A stretch of DNA of 64,000 nt from the human T2T-CHM13v2.0 reference genome, Homo sapiens, in assembly GCF_009914755.1 (NCBI RefSeq), contig NC_060944.1; one strand, 5' to 3'. Shown here piece after piece: positions 13,486 to 27,678 of the stretch. Every line of letters begins with the position of its first letter. The first letter of the stretch is position 1. The translations under genes were made by a program, and so were the position numbers. The notes below the pieces were generated by a model that saw nothing but the letters and a program-made list of their open reading frames with translations, was not told the origin of the DNA and made no database searches.

Positions 13486-16113
13486 GAAAACATGTTTCTT
13501 TCCTGGAAGTTATCTGTGAAAATCTGCAACTGTCTCCTCTATGGCCACCCAGGTTTCCTTCCCTTAAATTCTTGGCTTAAATTTTTTTACCACATGACAA
13601 TTATTCTTCCCCTTCTGCCCTTTTCTGGCAACATCTGTTCCTTGTGGGTTTTTTTTTTAAAGAGTGCTTTCTCAACCATGGAATTCATTTCTCTTCCCTT
13701 CTTTGAGACTGACATTCTAATTTTCTATACTGAGCCTTCTCACAAAATGTCTTTTACTGAATGTTGCTTCAATAATGTGGAGGTTGAGAGACTGAACCTT
13801 GCTGAAATGTTTCCTTGTGAAATTATTACAGTGATTCAATTTCAGAACAGACATTTTTTAATGCAAAATCCCTAATTTGGGATTTTTTTTTTTGCCACAG
13901 TAGAGTGATATATCTCCAGTTTTGCTACAGCTTGTTTTTAACAAATATATTCTATATTTGTTTTATCTATATGGAAATTTATTCATCTTGAGGTTCTGTG
14001 GTTTTAGAACAAAACTCACTGATGTTTGAAAACATTGATGTGACAAATGGCCAGCAGAGCCCTTCTCCATGGTATAAAAAGTAGCACTTGGTACAATGAA
14101 CTTTTTAAGGAAAAATGTGTGGAGCAATTGTTTAAAAGAATGTTTCTCTTAAAACAATGTCTCTCAGTATGATTTGAATATTTGTACTCTACATATTCTG
14201 GACTTTTTAAAAAAAATAATAAACCTCTTATATAAATATGTTAAGGCATGTTTGGAAATGTCAGGCCTATTCTGAGGCTTTTGATCCAAGGGCCTCATTT
14301 ATGAAATTCTGGGAATTTCATGAGTTCTCAGTATGACTTTTGCCCACTCATTTTTTTGCTCATTTGTTTATTCACTCAGCCATTCAAAAATAAAGAAATG
14401 AGAACATAATACTCTTCCAGGCCTTGAGGATTCAAAGTGATTCAGATAAAATATAGTGTGTTTTTATATTCTAAAGACCAAGGCAAAAACTAAAAATGCA
14501 GACAAATCAGTAAGCAAAATAATTTAAGGTATTGACTTGAGGTCAATTTGTGGAGGCCTAGGGGGTGCTTTAGATTTGGGAGATGGGAATGTGTCTCTGA
14601 GATGGTGACATCATGGTAGACTGTGAGTGCATCAGTGGCCTTAGTCACTGCCATAATCTTTGCTTTGTGACTTTATTGTCTCCATCAACTCTGACTCTGG
14701 GTTTAACCATGTGAGATAAAATATTAGCAAACTTGACACAGCAATGGCTTATAAAAGTATTTACAGGCTTCCACTTTTGGGAACAGTGAGTAGGTGTGCC
14801 TTTTCTTACTCCTCTTGCTGAGACTATAAAGCTGGGACATTGCATGTAAATCAAACCTAAGAAGACTCTGAAAGGTGGAGAGAAGAAGTTAGCCAGACTA
14901 ACTTTTGCCTCATAGATCCCACACATGGAGGTAAAGAAGCCAACAACCCAGAAACCCCAATAGGCACACACAAAAAAAAGTCCCAGCAAAAGCCTGCTCT
15001 CCCTGGCCAGAGGACCAGGAAGTGTGGCAGCCTAGCAAGGCAAGAAACTTTTAGATAAGAGCTGCTCTATACCATTCAAACACTAAAGAAGAGACTGTGG
15101 CCCCACCCTCTCCAATGAAGGCCAAGTGGGGGACCTAGTCTTCCACCCTCATGAGACTGTAATGAGTTATCCCAATACTTCACCAAGATGATGTCTGTGA
15201 AGGCCGAGTCAGGAGCTCAGACTCTCATCCACACCCATCAGTAACAAGTCCTCCACACCATGGTGTCTGCGGAGACCACATGGGAAGCCTGGACTTCTAA
15301 TTCTGCTCAGTAGGAATGAGGTGCTCCTTCCTTCCCCACTAGGGTGGTGTCAGAGGAGACCTAATGGAATCAGCATTGCCCAGTGGTAATGAGGCCACTC
15401 CTACTGCAGAACCAGTGGAGGCCGCATGAGCAGACAGAATCCCTACCACCCCAACCCAGCAATAATGCGGGGGCCTGTCAAGTATCATTATCAATAATGA
15501 GGGGCCCCGTCAAGTATCAAGTATGATTTTCTGGGGATTCTGGATTTCTACCAGCAGCAACAAGAAGGCATACTTTCCTACCCCTTCTCCTGTTGTAGCA
15601 ACATTAGAGGCATCCTGTTGAAAGAGATTTATTTAAGATCTAGAACCTCATAACATAATGTGCTAAATACTTAGGTTTCAATAAAAAGTACTTATTATAC
15701 CAAATCAGGAAGCTCTCAAACAATGAATGCCAACACAGAGGTGATAGAATTATCTGACAAAGATATGAAAAGAGCTGTGATAAAAATGCCCCAAGGAGCA
15801 ATTACAAACTTGCTTGAAGCATGAGGAAAAAAATTGAAAATGTTCTCAAGAGAAATGAGATAGAAAGAAGGCCCAAATGGAAATTTTAGAACTGAAAAAT
15901 ACAATAATTGAAATTGGATGGGCTCAACATCAGAATAGAGAGAACACAGGCAAAATAGACCGATAGTAATCATCCAGTTGGAATAACAGAGAAAAAATAG
16001 ACTGGAAAAATAATCACAAGAGTTTCAGGGACCTTGTGGCATTGTAACTAAAGATCTAACATTCATGTCAACAGGGCCCAGAAGGAGAGGAGAGAGACAT
16101 GGGACTGAAAAGT

Positions 16114-16627
<514 letters not shown>

Positions 16628-17357
16628 AACTCAATGAAATAATGGCTGAAAAGATTTGGCAGAAGGAAGTTTACTCATCCAGTGCTAAGAGAAAAGAACT
16701 GTCAACCCAGAATCTTATACCTAGCAAAAATGTCCTTCAGGAATGAAGGGGAAATCAAGACACTGTCAGATGAAAGAAAATAAAGAGAATTTGTCACCAG
16801 CAGATCTACCTTAAAAAATAGTTGATTAAGATTTCTAAACAGAAAGGAAACAATACAAGAAGGAACCTTGGGACATCAGGAGGAAAGAAGGAACTCAGTG
16901 AGCAAAAATATGGGTAAACACAATACGTTTTCCTTCCCCTCTCAAGTTTTCTAAATTAGGTTTGATGTTTGAAGCAAAATTATAACATTGTCTTCTATGT
17001 TTCTAACTGGATATAGAAAAAATATTTAGGACAATGATAAATAGGAGAAGTAAAATTATGTGAAGGGTGGTAAAGTTTATCCCAGAGAAATAATGACTTA
17101 TGGTCACACAAAAATCTGTGTACGAATGTTTTTAGCAGCTTTATTCATAACAGTCAGAAGCTGAAGAACCTAGATGTCCTTCAGTGACCAAATGGGTAAA
17201 CAAACTGTGTTACATTAGTACAATGGAATATCATCACCTGGGTGAATCTGTAGAGAATTATGCTAAATGAAAAAAGCCAAATCGAAAAGGTTACATACTG
17301 TATGATTACACACATATAACATCGTTGAAATGCCAAAATTATATCAAAGGAGAACAG

Positions 17358-17659
17358 GGCCGGGCACCGTGGCTTACACCTGCAATCCCAGCACTTTGGG
17401 AGGCCAAGGCGGGCAGATCACAAGGTCAGGAGTTCAAGACCAGCCTACCAGCCTGGCTAATAGGGTGAAACGCTGTCTCTACTAAAAAATACAAAAATTA
17501 GCCAGGTGTGGCAGCCTGCGCCTGTAGTCCCAGCTACTTGGGAGGCTGAGGCAGAAGAATTGCTTAAACCCGGGAGGCAGAGGTGAGATCGCACCCCTGC
17601 ACTCCAGCCTGGGCAACAGAGCGAGGCTCCATCTCCAAAAAAAAAAAAAAAAAAAAAAA
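17358..17659 (+). mobile_element. AluS inside the L1 3' region
   Basis: Full dimer; TSD ggagaacag; internal accagcct duplication. Confidence 0.95.
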
Positions 17660-18866
17660 GTGGAGAACAGATTAGTGGTTCCAGGGCTTAAGGCAGGCAA
17701 GGAAGTAGTTGTGGTAATGAAAGGGCAAGTGAGGGATCCTCATGATGGAAATTTTTCTGAATCCTGCCTGTATCAATGTCTGTATCCTGACTGTATTATA
17801 CTATAGTTTTGGGGCATGTTTCCCTTAGAAGAAACTGAGAAAGAGTAGCTACAATCTCTCTGTAGTATTTGCTGCAACTGCCTGTGACTCAACTATTATC
17901 TCCAAATAAAAAGATTAGTTGAAAAATGAAAAGCATTTTCAATGTCTGTTTGCTGTCATGGGCTCCCGCTTGCTCCAGAAGAATAAGCCCCAGATAGGCT
18001 ATTGGAGAATCAGACGCCATGAGCCACAGAGCTAAGTCATTCCAGGCAACCTTAAGACAACCCAGGACTTGACTGCTCATGTGTGAATGAACCCAGCCAT
18101 GATTAATGAAGCCGGGTCAGATCAGCCAAACTGCCCAATCAACAGTTATATTCATGGGAAGCGATAAATTGTTGTTTAAGCAGCTAAGCTTTGGAATGAT
18201 TGGTTATGCAACAATAACTAACTGATAGAGAAATTCCACCTAAGACGTGAAGGAGGAAAAGGAGTCAACCACGTGAAGTGCAGCGGAGGAAATATTCTCT
18301 TATCTCTTGTCAGAGAAGAATATAACACTTTGGAGGCTGGCCTATTATGAGTGAAGTAGGAAGTGGTGGGATATGAGGCCTAATGAGTAAGCAGGGGTCA
18401 GTTATATAGGGTAGGCTAAGCAACTGGAACTTAGTCTTGGTGACTACTCAGAACACCTCTCTAAGTCCCTTTGGAAGCCCCAGGGAGATCATTGCTTTTT
18501 TTTTTCAACTCTACAAAAATACCTATTGGGTGCATACCACAAAATGAGTGCTCTGCATAGATAGTCTATCACCATTATGACCACAGACCTGGTGTTGTGC
18601 GAGGGCCTGGAGTGCCTTGTTATTTGTCCCTACGTAATAGAAAGTAAAGTTTCTGGACTTTGCTTTCTGTACTGCTCTTTCCTCATTGCTTGGGACAGTG
18701 TCTGTCTTGTAATTGGTGCTCAGTAGATATCTGCAGAATAAATGAGTAAATGAAGGAAACAAAATGTGTTGCCCTTGTTTGCATGCAAATCACCACCTAG
18801 CTGGATGGTATGAACTGCTAACCACTATGGAGTGTTTGCTATATACCAAGCAATATGCTAAGTATG

Positions 18867-19173
18867 TTATTTATTTATTTGTTTATTGAGACAGGGTTTC
18901 TGTTGCCCAGGCTGGAGTGCAGTGCATGAGCATGACTCACTGCAGCCTCAACCTCCTGGGATCAATTGATCCTTCCCCACCTCAGCCTCCCAAGTAGCTG
19001 GGACCACAGGGGTGCACCACCACACCTGGATAATTTTTTTATTTTTCTATTTTCTTGGAGATGAGTTATCACCATGTTACCCAGTCTGGTCTTGAACTCC
19101 TGGCCTCCTGCAATTCTTCCACAGTGGCCTCCCAAAATGCTGGAATTACAGATGTGAGCCACCGTGCCTGGCC
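18867..19173 (-). mobile_element. AluJ inserted in a MIR
   Basis: J-type dimer; TSD ctaagta. Confidence 0.92.
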
Positions 19174-19549
19174 CTAAGTACTTTACATGCACTGACATAT
19201 TCAATCTCACACAGCCCTATAGGGAAGATAATATTATTGTGTTTATAGAGTGCAATAAAATCTTGTATATATAGTCTCATATACACAATGTATACAGAAC
19301 TACTTCTTCATTATGCTATTAAATATAATTTTTATACAGGCTTAGATATTTAATAGGTGTGACAAGCTCAATATCCCCATCCCCAAACTTCACACCTCCC
19401 TACTGAACTTCGTCCTTTTCCAGGCTTTCTCAGCTAATGAAAACTCCATTCTCCCACTTGCGTGAGCTAAACATTTTGGAATCATCCTAGACTTTTGTCT
19501 TAACCTTACCCTTACATTCAATCCCATCAGTAAATCATGTTGATTATAA

Positions 19550-20086
<537 letters not shown>

Positions 20087-20448
20087 AAGCCAACAACTTT
20101 AGTGAGACCCATAAGGTCTGACCGTGCTGACCCACGCTCACCACCACTGCCAGCCCTGAACTCTTCTCCTATCTTCAAGCTTCTTTATTCTCCCTTTAAC
20201 ATGCTGGACATGTGTCTGACTCAAGGCCATTTATTTCTTCCACCTAGAGCCCACCTCCCTCACATATCCACTCTGTTGATTGCCTTGTCTCTTTCAAGTC
20301 GTTGCTCAGATGATACCTTCTTCATGAGAACTTCCCTGATCATCCCTCACCCTATTTAAAATCACAATACCCACCACTAGCAATTCCTATCACTGTCCTT
20401 GGTTTATTTCCCTTCGTGGTGCATCACACCATGAGACATATTATAAGA

Positions 20449-20456
20449 TACACACA

Positions 20457-20489
<33 letters not shown>
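20449..20489. repeat. (CA)n microsatellite
   Basis: Read directly from the sequence. Confidence 0.95.
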
Positions 20490-20492
<3 letters not shown>

Positions 20493-21300
20493 TGTAAGCA
20501 TATATATCTTATTGATTGTATGAAAGCACAACAAAGACAGCAGATTTTCTCCCTTTTGTTCATAGCCATAGCCCCTGTACCTAAATAATGCCTGGCACAT
20601 GGTAGGCACCTGATAAATATTTGTTGAATGAATTAAAGAATGATATCAGCTCTCAAATTTTTGTTTAAATAGAATGCTCACCCAGTATTTTAGATTTTCT
20701 GGCATTTCTTTAGTGTCTTTACTTTTTTCTATAAAACTAGTTAGAAATCGAAGCTAGACAAATAAATATAACAAATTATGGCTTCTTTCTGCAGTGCTTC
20801 TGCTTTGGAGAAGAGAAAGGCATTGGAGACAGAGAAGGAAAAGCATATATAACTTTCTGTTTTAGCGCTTGCTTGGTTGACACTGGTCAACTTTGTACTG
20901 ACAAAGGAAGGGTTCCCTGTGTGTGGCAAGAATGCTCTGAGCTGTTCATGGCAGATATTGATTCCATCAGAATGTTTTCAAAATAATATATTCATTTTTA
21001 TTATACGAAAAACACATACTACAGGACATATATTTATGAAAGAAGAATGTAAAATGAAGAAAACTGCAAAATAGGTTACAACATAGGGAGGTGCCAGTTC
21101 TTGAGGGTTCTGGAATGTCTTATTAAGACGTTGATTTTTATTGATTTTTGCCCTAAAGGCATCAGGCAGCCACAGAAACACTTTAGGTAAAGGAGCAATG
21201 TGTTCAGATTACTGTTGCCAAAATCACCCCAGATGCTAGGTAGAAAATGGATTGCAATGTAGCAAGAATAAAACAGGGAGCCCTCTGAAACTCAGAAGAT

Positions 21301-21381
21301 GGTAGCTTAGAGTAGAGTAGCATAGAGTTGGTAGCTTAGAGTAGAGTAGCATAGAGTAAGTAGCTTAGAGTAGAGTAGAGT
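21301..21381. repeat. 29-bp tandem repeat, ~2.8 copies
   Basis: Unit ggtagcttagagtagagtagcatagagt(t/a) at 21301, 21330 and 21359. Confidence 0.92.
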
Positions 21382-21890
21382 CCCTTGCAGAGAAATATAA
21401 ATATTCCTGGTTTAACTAGAGGGTAAAAATACACAGAATTTGGTGACTGATGAATTGTGTTAAAAGATAATTTTCAAAACAGGTAAAATTATGACTCTTA
21501 TACAAATGTAGAATGAAGATGTGTTGAAGTTTCTACTTAACTCATTAATTAAATGAAGGAACAACGTTGAATATTATAACTAGTTCAAAGGGTAATTCAA
21601 AGAACTCATACATTTATATATCCCGAATGATGAAATGAATATTCAAAAGGAGGCAAATCTAGCTTCGTGGACAGTGGGGGGTGGGGTGGGTGGGATTCAG
21701 TTGAACCTCTACTAGACAGGACATAATTTGCATCTTTATAGACTAGAATAATTTTGCATTGTTTTCACTTACCTACAACTTACAGAGAAGTAGAATAGCT
21801 CCCACAGAATCAAAAGCAGGTAATTCTCAAAAGGTACTTGCTACAGAAAGCCCAATTTTCCATTGAAGTGCAGATTATTCCCTAGAATTG

Positions 21891-21891
<1 letters not shown>

Positions 21892-21931
<40 letters not shown>

Positions 21932-21990
21932 TGTGTGTGAGAGAGAGAAAGAAAGAGAGAGAGGAGAGAGAGGAGGGGAAGGGAGAGGAT
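21892..21990. repeat. (TG)n followed by a GA-rich tract
   Basis: About 24 TG units (one interrupted), then a polypurine stretch. Confidence 0.95.
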
Positions 21991-22855
21991 TACATATAGC
22001 TCAAATCTTGTATGAGCAACTGCAACCTCCGCCTAATTTACAGAATGAGTGTATATGTATATAAACTAGAAGAGAAACAGATTAAAAAGCAGGGGCAACC
22101 TCCTTTATGTACTTAATAACTGACAAATAGCATTTTCTATGGTATACATATTATTTTACAATATCATTTCTAATGATGGAAACCTCTAGTTTACACATTT
22201 GCCATGATTAATTAAACCAGTCCTCTGAAACATTTAGAGTATTTCCAGTTTTTCTCCAGAGAGCCCTATTCCCATACCTGTGCATATTTCCTTAATTATT
22301 TCCTCAAAGGGAAGTTCCTGGAAGCAGTATTTCTGGGTCAAAGTGTAGATATAATTCTGCCTCTAGAAAGGCCGTGCTAATTTACTTCACCACCAGGAAA
22401 GGGTTGGCTTAGCTAATTTATTCCCTGTGGATGCTTTTTAAGGATTTTTAATCTTCTTTATACATATTTTATTTCATGATTAACTAACCCATTTTTGCTG
22501 GTATTTTTCTTTACAGTAAATTTAAAATATATCTTGATATCCACTGTTCAATTTTCTCCAAATTGGCTTTTCTTTCCTTACAAATGAAGGGTATATATGA
22601 ATCTTAGGCATAGAATCATGTTGTTTACTCATTAAAAAGATTTTTTTTCCTTCATAAAATACATGATTCTGACCCAGCTCATTATTTTGGTAAGTGGAAT
22701 TGGTAGCAGCCTGTATATTATGACTGGGGGAGGCCCTAGAAATCACTTTTTGTAGTCTTCAAGCACCAACTGTGAAATCCTGTCATGACACAGTCATTCA
22801 TAGGATGGAAAATTCTGACTTTCTTGGCCTCAGAGATCATCCAGGCCAATGCCCT

Positions 22856-23561
22856 TGTGACTGCTCAATGGGTTCATTTTGATCACTCCCCAGGTACAGC
22901 CAATTTGTCAAGACAGAGGAATTGCAGTAGGGAAATAGTTTAATTCACCCAGAGCTGGCTGAACAGGAGACCAGAGCCTCTGTGGACATTTGGAAGCTAG
23001 GGTTTTTCAAGGATAGTTTGATGGGCAAGGGAATGGGTGCTGCTGATTGGTTGTGGATGCAGTCACAGGAGTGTGGAAAACAGTCCTGTGTACTGAGTCC
23101 ACTCCTGGGTGGGGGCCACAGGATCAGTTGAGTCAAGAGTCATAGGTCTGGGTGGGGCTATTGGTGGTCAACAATGCAAAAGCCTGAGAAGACAACTCAA
23201 AAGGCCAATCTTAGGTTCTACAGTACTGGTGTTATCTGCAGGAGTAATTGAAGAAGCAGCAAATCTTGTGACTTCCAGAATCATGGCTGGTAATTCTTTA
23301 TGCCTACATCTTAGCAGAATAGCTCCTCTCATCCTCCTAACCTGGTGGTCTTTCATAAGTTTTACAAAGGCCATTTAGTTCTGAAGAAAAGTGATTATCA
23401 TTTAACCTATAAACTAAATTTCTCCCAACGTTAGCTTGGCCCAAGCCCAAGAATGACTAAGGGCAGTTTTGAGATTAAAGGCAAGATGAGGGCTGATTAG
23501 ATCAAATCCCTTTCATTGTCTTAATTTTCTCACTGTCATAATTTTTGCAAAGATGGTTTCA
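22856..23561 (-). mobile_element. LTR8-family (LTR8A/B-like) ERV1 solo LTR
   Basis: Reverse strand starts tgaaaccatctttgcaaaaattatgacagtgagaaaatt; TG...CA termini; about 705 bp. Confidence 0.85.
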
Positions 23562-24384
23562 CTCTTATATTGCAGAAGGAGAAATTTGCAGACAATGGCA
23601 GATAGGATGGAGGGGCATTACCTGTGGGGCAAACTCCTATCTCCTGGTTCTCCTTGGTTAACATCTCCACCCTTGACTTCCAGATTATATCAACCCACAC
23701 CATTTTCTGTGGCTATTGAAAAGCCTGAAAGTGACAGAGGAGACTGAGACTCTAAGGGGATAGTGTCAGCCAAATTGGAGGGTTGGGCACTCATGGAGAA
23801 GTGACTGGTCAGCCCCAGATAGTGGACTGTCCAGGCCAGCAGGGAGTCATTTAGCCTGAACACTAGTTTACCACCACCATGGCAAAGGAAGAGCAAAAGG
23901 CTGAGAGTTAGAGAAGCAATGAAATCCAAGAAGAGTTGAGAAGTTGTATGAGATAACATCTAATTCTAATGTAGTTAGAAAAATACTTAGCTTGGCTTCC
24001 TGCACTTCTGTCAAAGACACTGACTATGCTATCACTGAAGGAGAGATAATATGGAGTTCTTTTCAAAGCAAATACTTCTTGCAGATTGCTAGGATACATG
24101 GAGTCCTGGATTAGTGTCTTAAGAACCCAGTTTCAGAAAAACTCCCTTCAAAACTATCACTGTGGGTGAACACTTAGTGCCAGTGAGTGAACTTAAAATC
24201 ACAAACGCAAATGTCACACTGAAATAGATTATCTATAAAGTAGTCGTCCAGATGAAACAGCATATGGCTACAACTAAGTGTCTCTTTTTAGATTATGATA
24301 AGCATGAAAATAAACTTCTTACAGATGGATCGACCATCAGCCTGAGTTTATGCATCCCTAAGAGTCCAACTTTGCTGAAAAAAT

Positions 24385-24645
24385 TCCTGGAGTAGTGGTT
24401 AAGAGCTTATTTTCCAGATTCAGGCAAACAAAAGTTAGAATCCTGGCATATTTCTCCTAGCTTTTGACCTTGAGTAAGATGCTCAACCTCACTAAAAACA
24501 AAATTTGCTCATCTGTGAAATAGGAATAATAATAGAATCTGCCAAACAGGAATGTTGGGATGACTAATTGAAATAATGCATATAAAAGGCTCAGCATTCC
24601 ACAGTGCGCAGAAAAAGAGTTCAGCCAATGCTAGGCATTAATATT
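24385..24645 (+). mobile_element. MIR
   Basis: gtagtggttaagagc...gaccttgagtaag...ctcatctgtgaaataggaataataatag. Confidence 0.75.
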
Positions 24646-24753
24646 AACATCCTGCTTGAGAAAAATATTTGATTTGCTTTGGAAAGTAAGTGCCAATAGG
24701 AGTAGCACATGAGAACTGAGGCTAATTCAGTCAGCACTGTGAGGATATATATC

Positions 24754-24967
24754 TTTTTTTTTATTATTATACTTTAAGTACTAGGGTACATGTGCACAAC
24801 GTGCAGATTTGTTACATATGTATACATGTGCCATGTTGGTGTGCTGCACCCATTAACTCGTCATTTACATTAGGTATATCTCCTAATGCTATCCCTCCCC
24901 CCTCCCCTGACCCCACAGCAGGCCCCAGTGTGTGATGTTCCCCACCTTGTGTCCAAGTGTTCTCATT
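24754..24967 (-). mobile_element. Heavily 5'-truncated L1PA (3'UTR only)
   Basis: ttattatactttaagt...agggtacatgtgcacaacgtgcag; perfect 13-bp TSD gatatatatcttt (24744-24756 / 24968-24980). Confidence 0.93.
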
Positions 24968-25436
24968 GATATATATCTTTAGAGTTTGGAGAGAATGCTC
25001 TGAGAAGAGAAAGTCAATGTGATTACAGAAAGGGAATGCTGGCAAAATGGAAAACAATTTTCACCTACTTAGTTAAATTGTACCTTAACTTCATAGAATA
25101 ACTATAGAAACCTAACTGCAGCCCAGTGCAAGAGATGGGGATGCTAATGGATCTGCATGAGAAAGTGCTCTTCAGGATGGCATCCACCTTAATTGTAGAA
25201 CAGTGATTCCCCAGTGGTGGACAGGGAGACCAGACATTTGGTGGAGGGGGTTGAAAAAGCCTCAAGTCAACATTTTAATAGAGTTTTATTGGAGTAGAAT
25301 CTTGGCTTATGGGGAGATGTGGAATGTATAGGGATTCCACAGAAGGCATAATTACTTCCATTTCTCCCTGGAGAGACTTGTCAAACAGATTTCTATGAGA
25401 TCTGAGCTTAAAGAGTTGAGAAATACTACCGTAGAC

Positions 25437-25658
25437 CAGAGGTTGGCAAACTATGGTCCACAGGCCAAATCTGGCCCACTGCTTGGCTTTGTAAATAAAG
25501 TTTTATTGGAAGGTATCCACACTCATTCATTTACATATATTCTGTGGCTGCTTTCATGCTATATTTGCTGAGTTGAGTAGTTGCAATAGCGACCTGGGGG
25601 CTCTCAAAGATTAAAACATTTACTCTTTGGCTCATTACAGAAAGTTTGCCAACTCCTG
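25437..25658 (+). mobile_element. MER58A DNA transposon
   Basis: TIRs cagaggttggcaaact / agtttgccaactcctg. Confidence 0.88.
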
Positions 25659-26290
25659 TGGTAGATTATAAAGGCCTAAACAGCCCCAGGCAGTGTACTA
25701 TTTCCTTTCAACAGGAATTTTGTGACCAAAATTTGCTATTTTCTTCATAACAGTCCTTGAATCCTTTAGAAGTATAATTGTTACTCTTTAAGACATTGTG
25801 AAGGCTTACTATTATAGTAAAATTAGGAATTCTAAGCAAATTCTTAATTGTTTCAGCTGCTTCTTAGAACTGGAAATTTTGGTGAACTTACCAGAATATT
25901 CTTTGCTAGGAAAAGAAGCCAATAAAAAATGTTAGAGATTTTAAACCAGGGCTAAGCAATTATTAAGGGTATCAAATTTTAAAGGAAGAAAAGACAAAGG
26001 AAAAACAGAAGAAATTATTCATGGATTGGTGACAATTTAAGGCTGAAAATTAGGTATAATAAAATCACCACCACCAACAACAAAGTACATGCTGAATGAG
26101 ATTTTCATGTAACTACTAAATCTGCTGTCTTTCCACCCAGCTTATTAGAACTGTGTGATGTGCTTATCTGCTTAAGCTTTGACAGTGGCCTGTGGGGATT
26201 GACTTGTTCAAATCAGGGGCTTTGAAGATATTCACAAAGACACATATTTTTCAAATATACAATTTCAGATCAGCATGCATTCAGCTGTGG

Positions 26291-26498
26291 CAGTGGTCCT
26301 CATTTTGCCCCCCAGAGGATGTTTGACAATGTCTAGAGACAATTTTGGTTTTCAGTGGAGGTGGGAGAATCTGCTACTGGCATTTAGCAGGTGGAGGCCA
26401 GAGGTGCTACTAAACATCCTACCATGCACAGGATAACCCCCCACTAGAAAGAATTTTCTGGCCCAAAATGTCAACTGTGGTAAAATTGAGAAACATGA
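26291..26498 (+). mobile_element. MER20 DNA transposon
   Basis: cagtggt...attttgccccccagagg...ggcccaaaatgtcaa...ttgagaaac. Confidence 0.85.
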
Positions 26499-26582
26499 TG
26501 TATAGGAGGTGAGCTATTTCAACATGGAAGTTATACTATCATTGAATTCTCATACAGTGTATTTACATTAGGATTACCTATC

Positions 26583-26584
26583 TT

Positions 26585-26615
<31 letters not shown>

Positions 26616-26890
26616 TTGACACTCTGTCATGAGGCTGGAGTACAGTGGCACAGTCTTGACTCACTGCAGCCTCCACTTCCCTGGGCTCAGATGATTGTCC
26701 TACCTCCGCTTCCCAAGCAGCTGGGACTACAGGCATGCACTACCACACCTAATTTTTGTATTTTTTTTTTTATAGAGATAGGATTTCACCATGTTGCCCA
26801 GGCTGGTCTTGAACTCCTGGACTCAAGCAACTCACCCACCTGGGCCTCCCAATGTGCTGGAATTACAGGCATGAGCCACTGCACCCAGCC
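26583..26890 (-). mobile_element. AluJ with (TTTA)n tail
   Basis: J-type dimer. Confidence 0.92.
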
Positions 26891-27549
26891 AGGATTAACT
26901 ACTATTTATAGCCAGTGAAACTATTATAGTTCGAATAAAAGATTTCTCTTTTAAATAAAAATGTTAGTTTAAAAAGTCAATTTAAAGAAAAATGTTAACT
27001 AAACAATACTATAGATGACAAGTAGATTTGTTACATAAAATATAAAGACAGTTGAATGAATTAATTTTTAAAAACTGCCCTAAACTCTTAAGCGAATGGG
27101 ATTATTTTCAAACTGTCATTCTTTGAAACAATGCCAGTGTTAACCCAAGTAGTTCCCACATGCTATCATATTTAGTAAGTCTTCCTGTTTTATTTTTGCT
27201 AAACAATACTGAGATATTTAGGATAAGCTTTTAGTCCTCTGGATATTGGTGGCTCTTCTCGTGTTCTTAGGACAGTGTGCTGGCAGTTGAAATTGGGAGT
27301 TTAGTTTAACGGATTACATTTCTCCTTCACTTTCTCTCTCAAACTCAAGATGGCAGCTCATGCCGCTCTGTTTCAAAGGCCACCATGTGCCACCTTTTGC
27401 AAGCCACCCATCTCAGATGCCCGCATCGGGAAGCACTTTTAGAAGTCTTTGTCGGCAGCCCCAAGAGGGAGACACAGCGTCGTCTGAAAGTACTTTATAA
27501 ATATTTATGGGATTGACTTGCAAATTACAGATAAAATACCTGAAAACAT

Positions 27550-27678
27550 GGTAAAGAGCAAATTTGTCTGGTCCCAACTGAAGAGGTTTTGACTCAGTAG
27601 ACCTCGGCTAGTCTCTAGGAATCTGCATATTTAACAATTATCCTGAGTGATGCTGGACCAAACAGTGAGAATCACTGA
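27550..27678. mobile_element. MER5A-like fragment
   Basis: tgactcagtagacct...aggaatctgcatatttaacaa...gagaatcactg. Confidence 0.55.

Noticed and set aside
21301-21381. CRISPR-like array
   Set aside because: A direct tandem repeat without unique spacers, in a primate intron.
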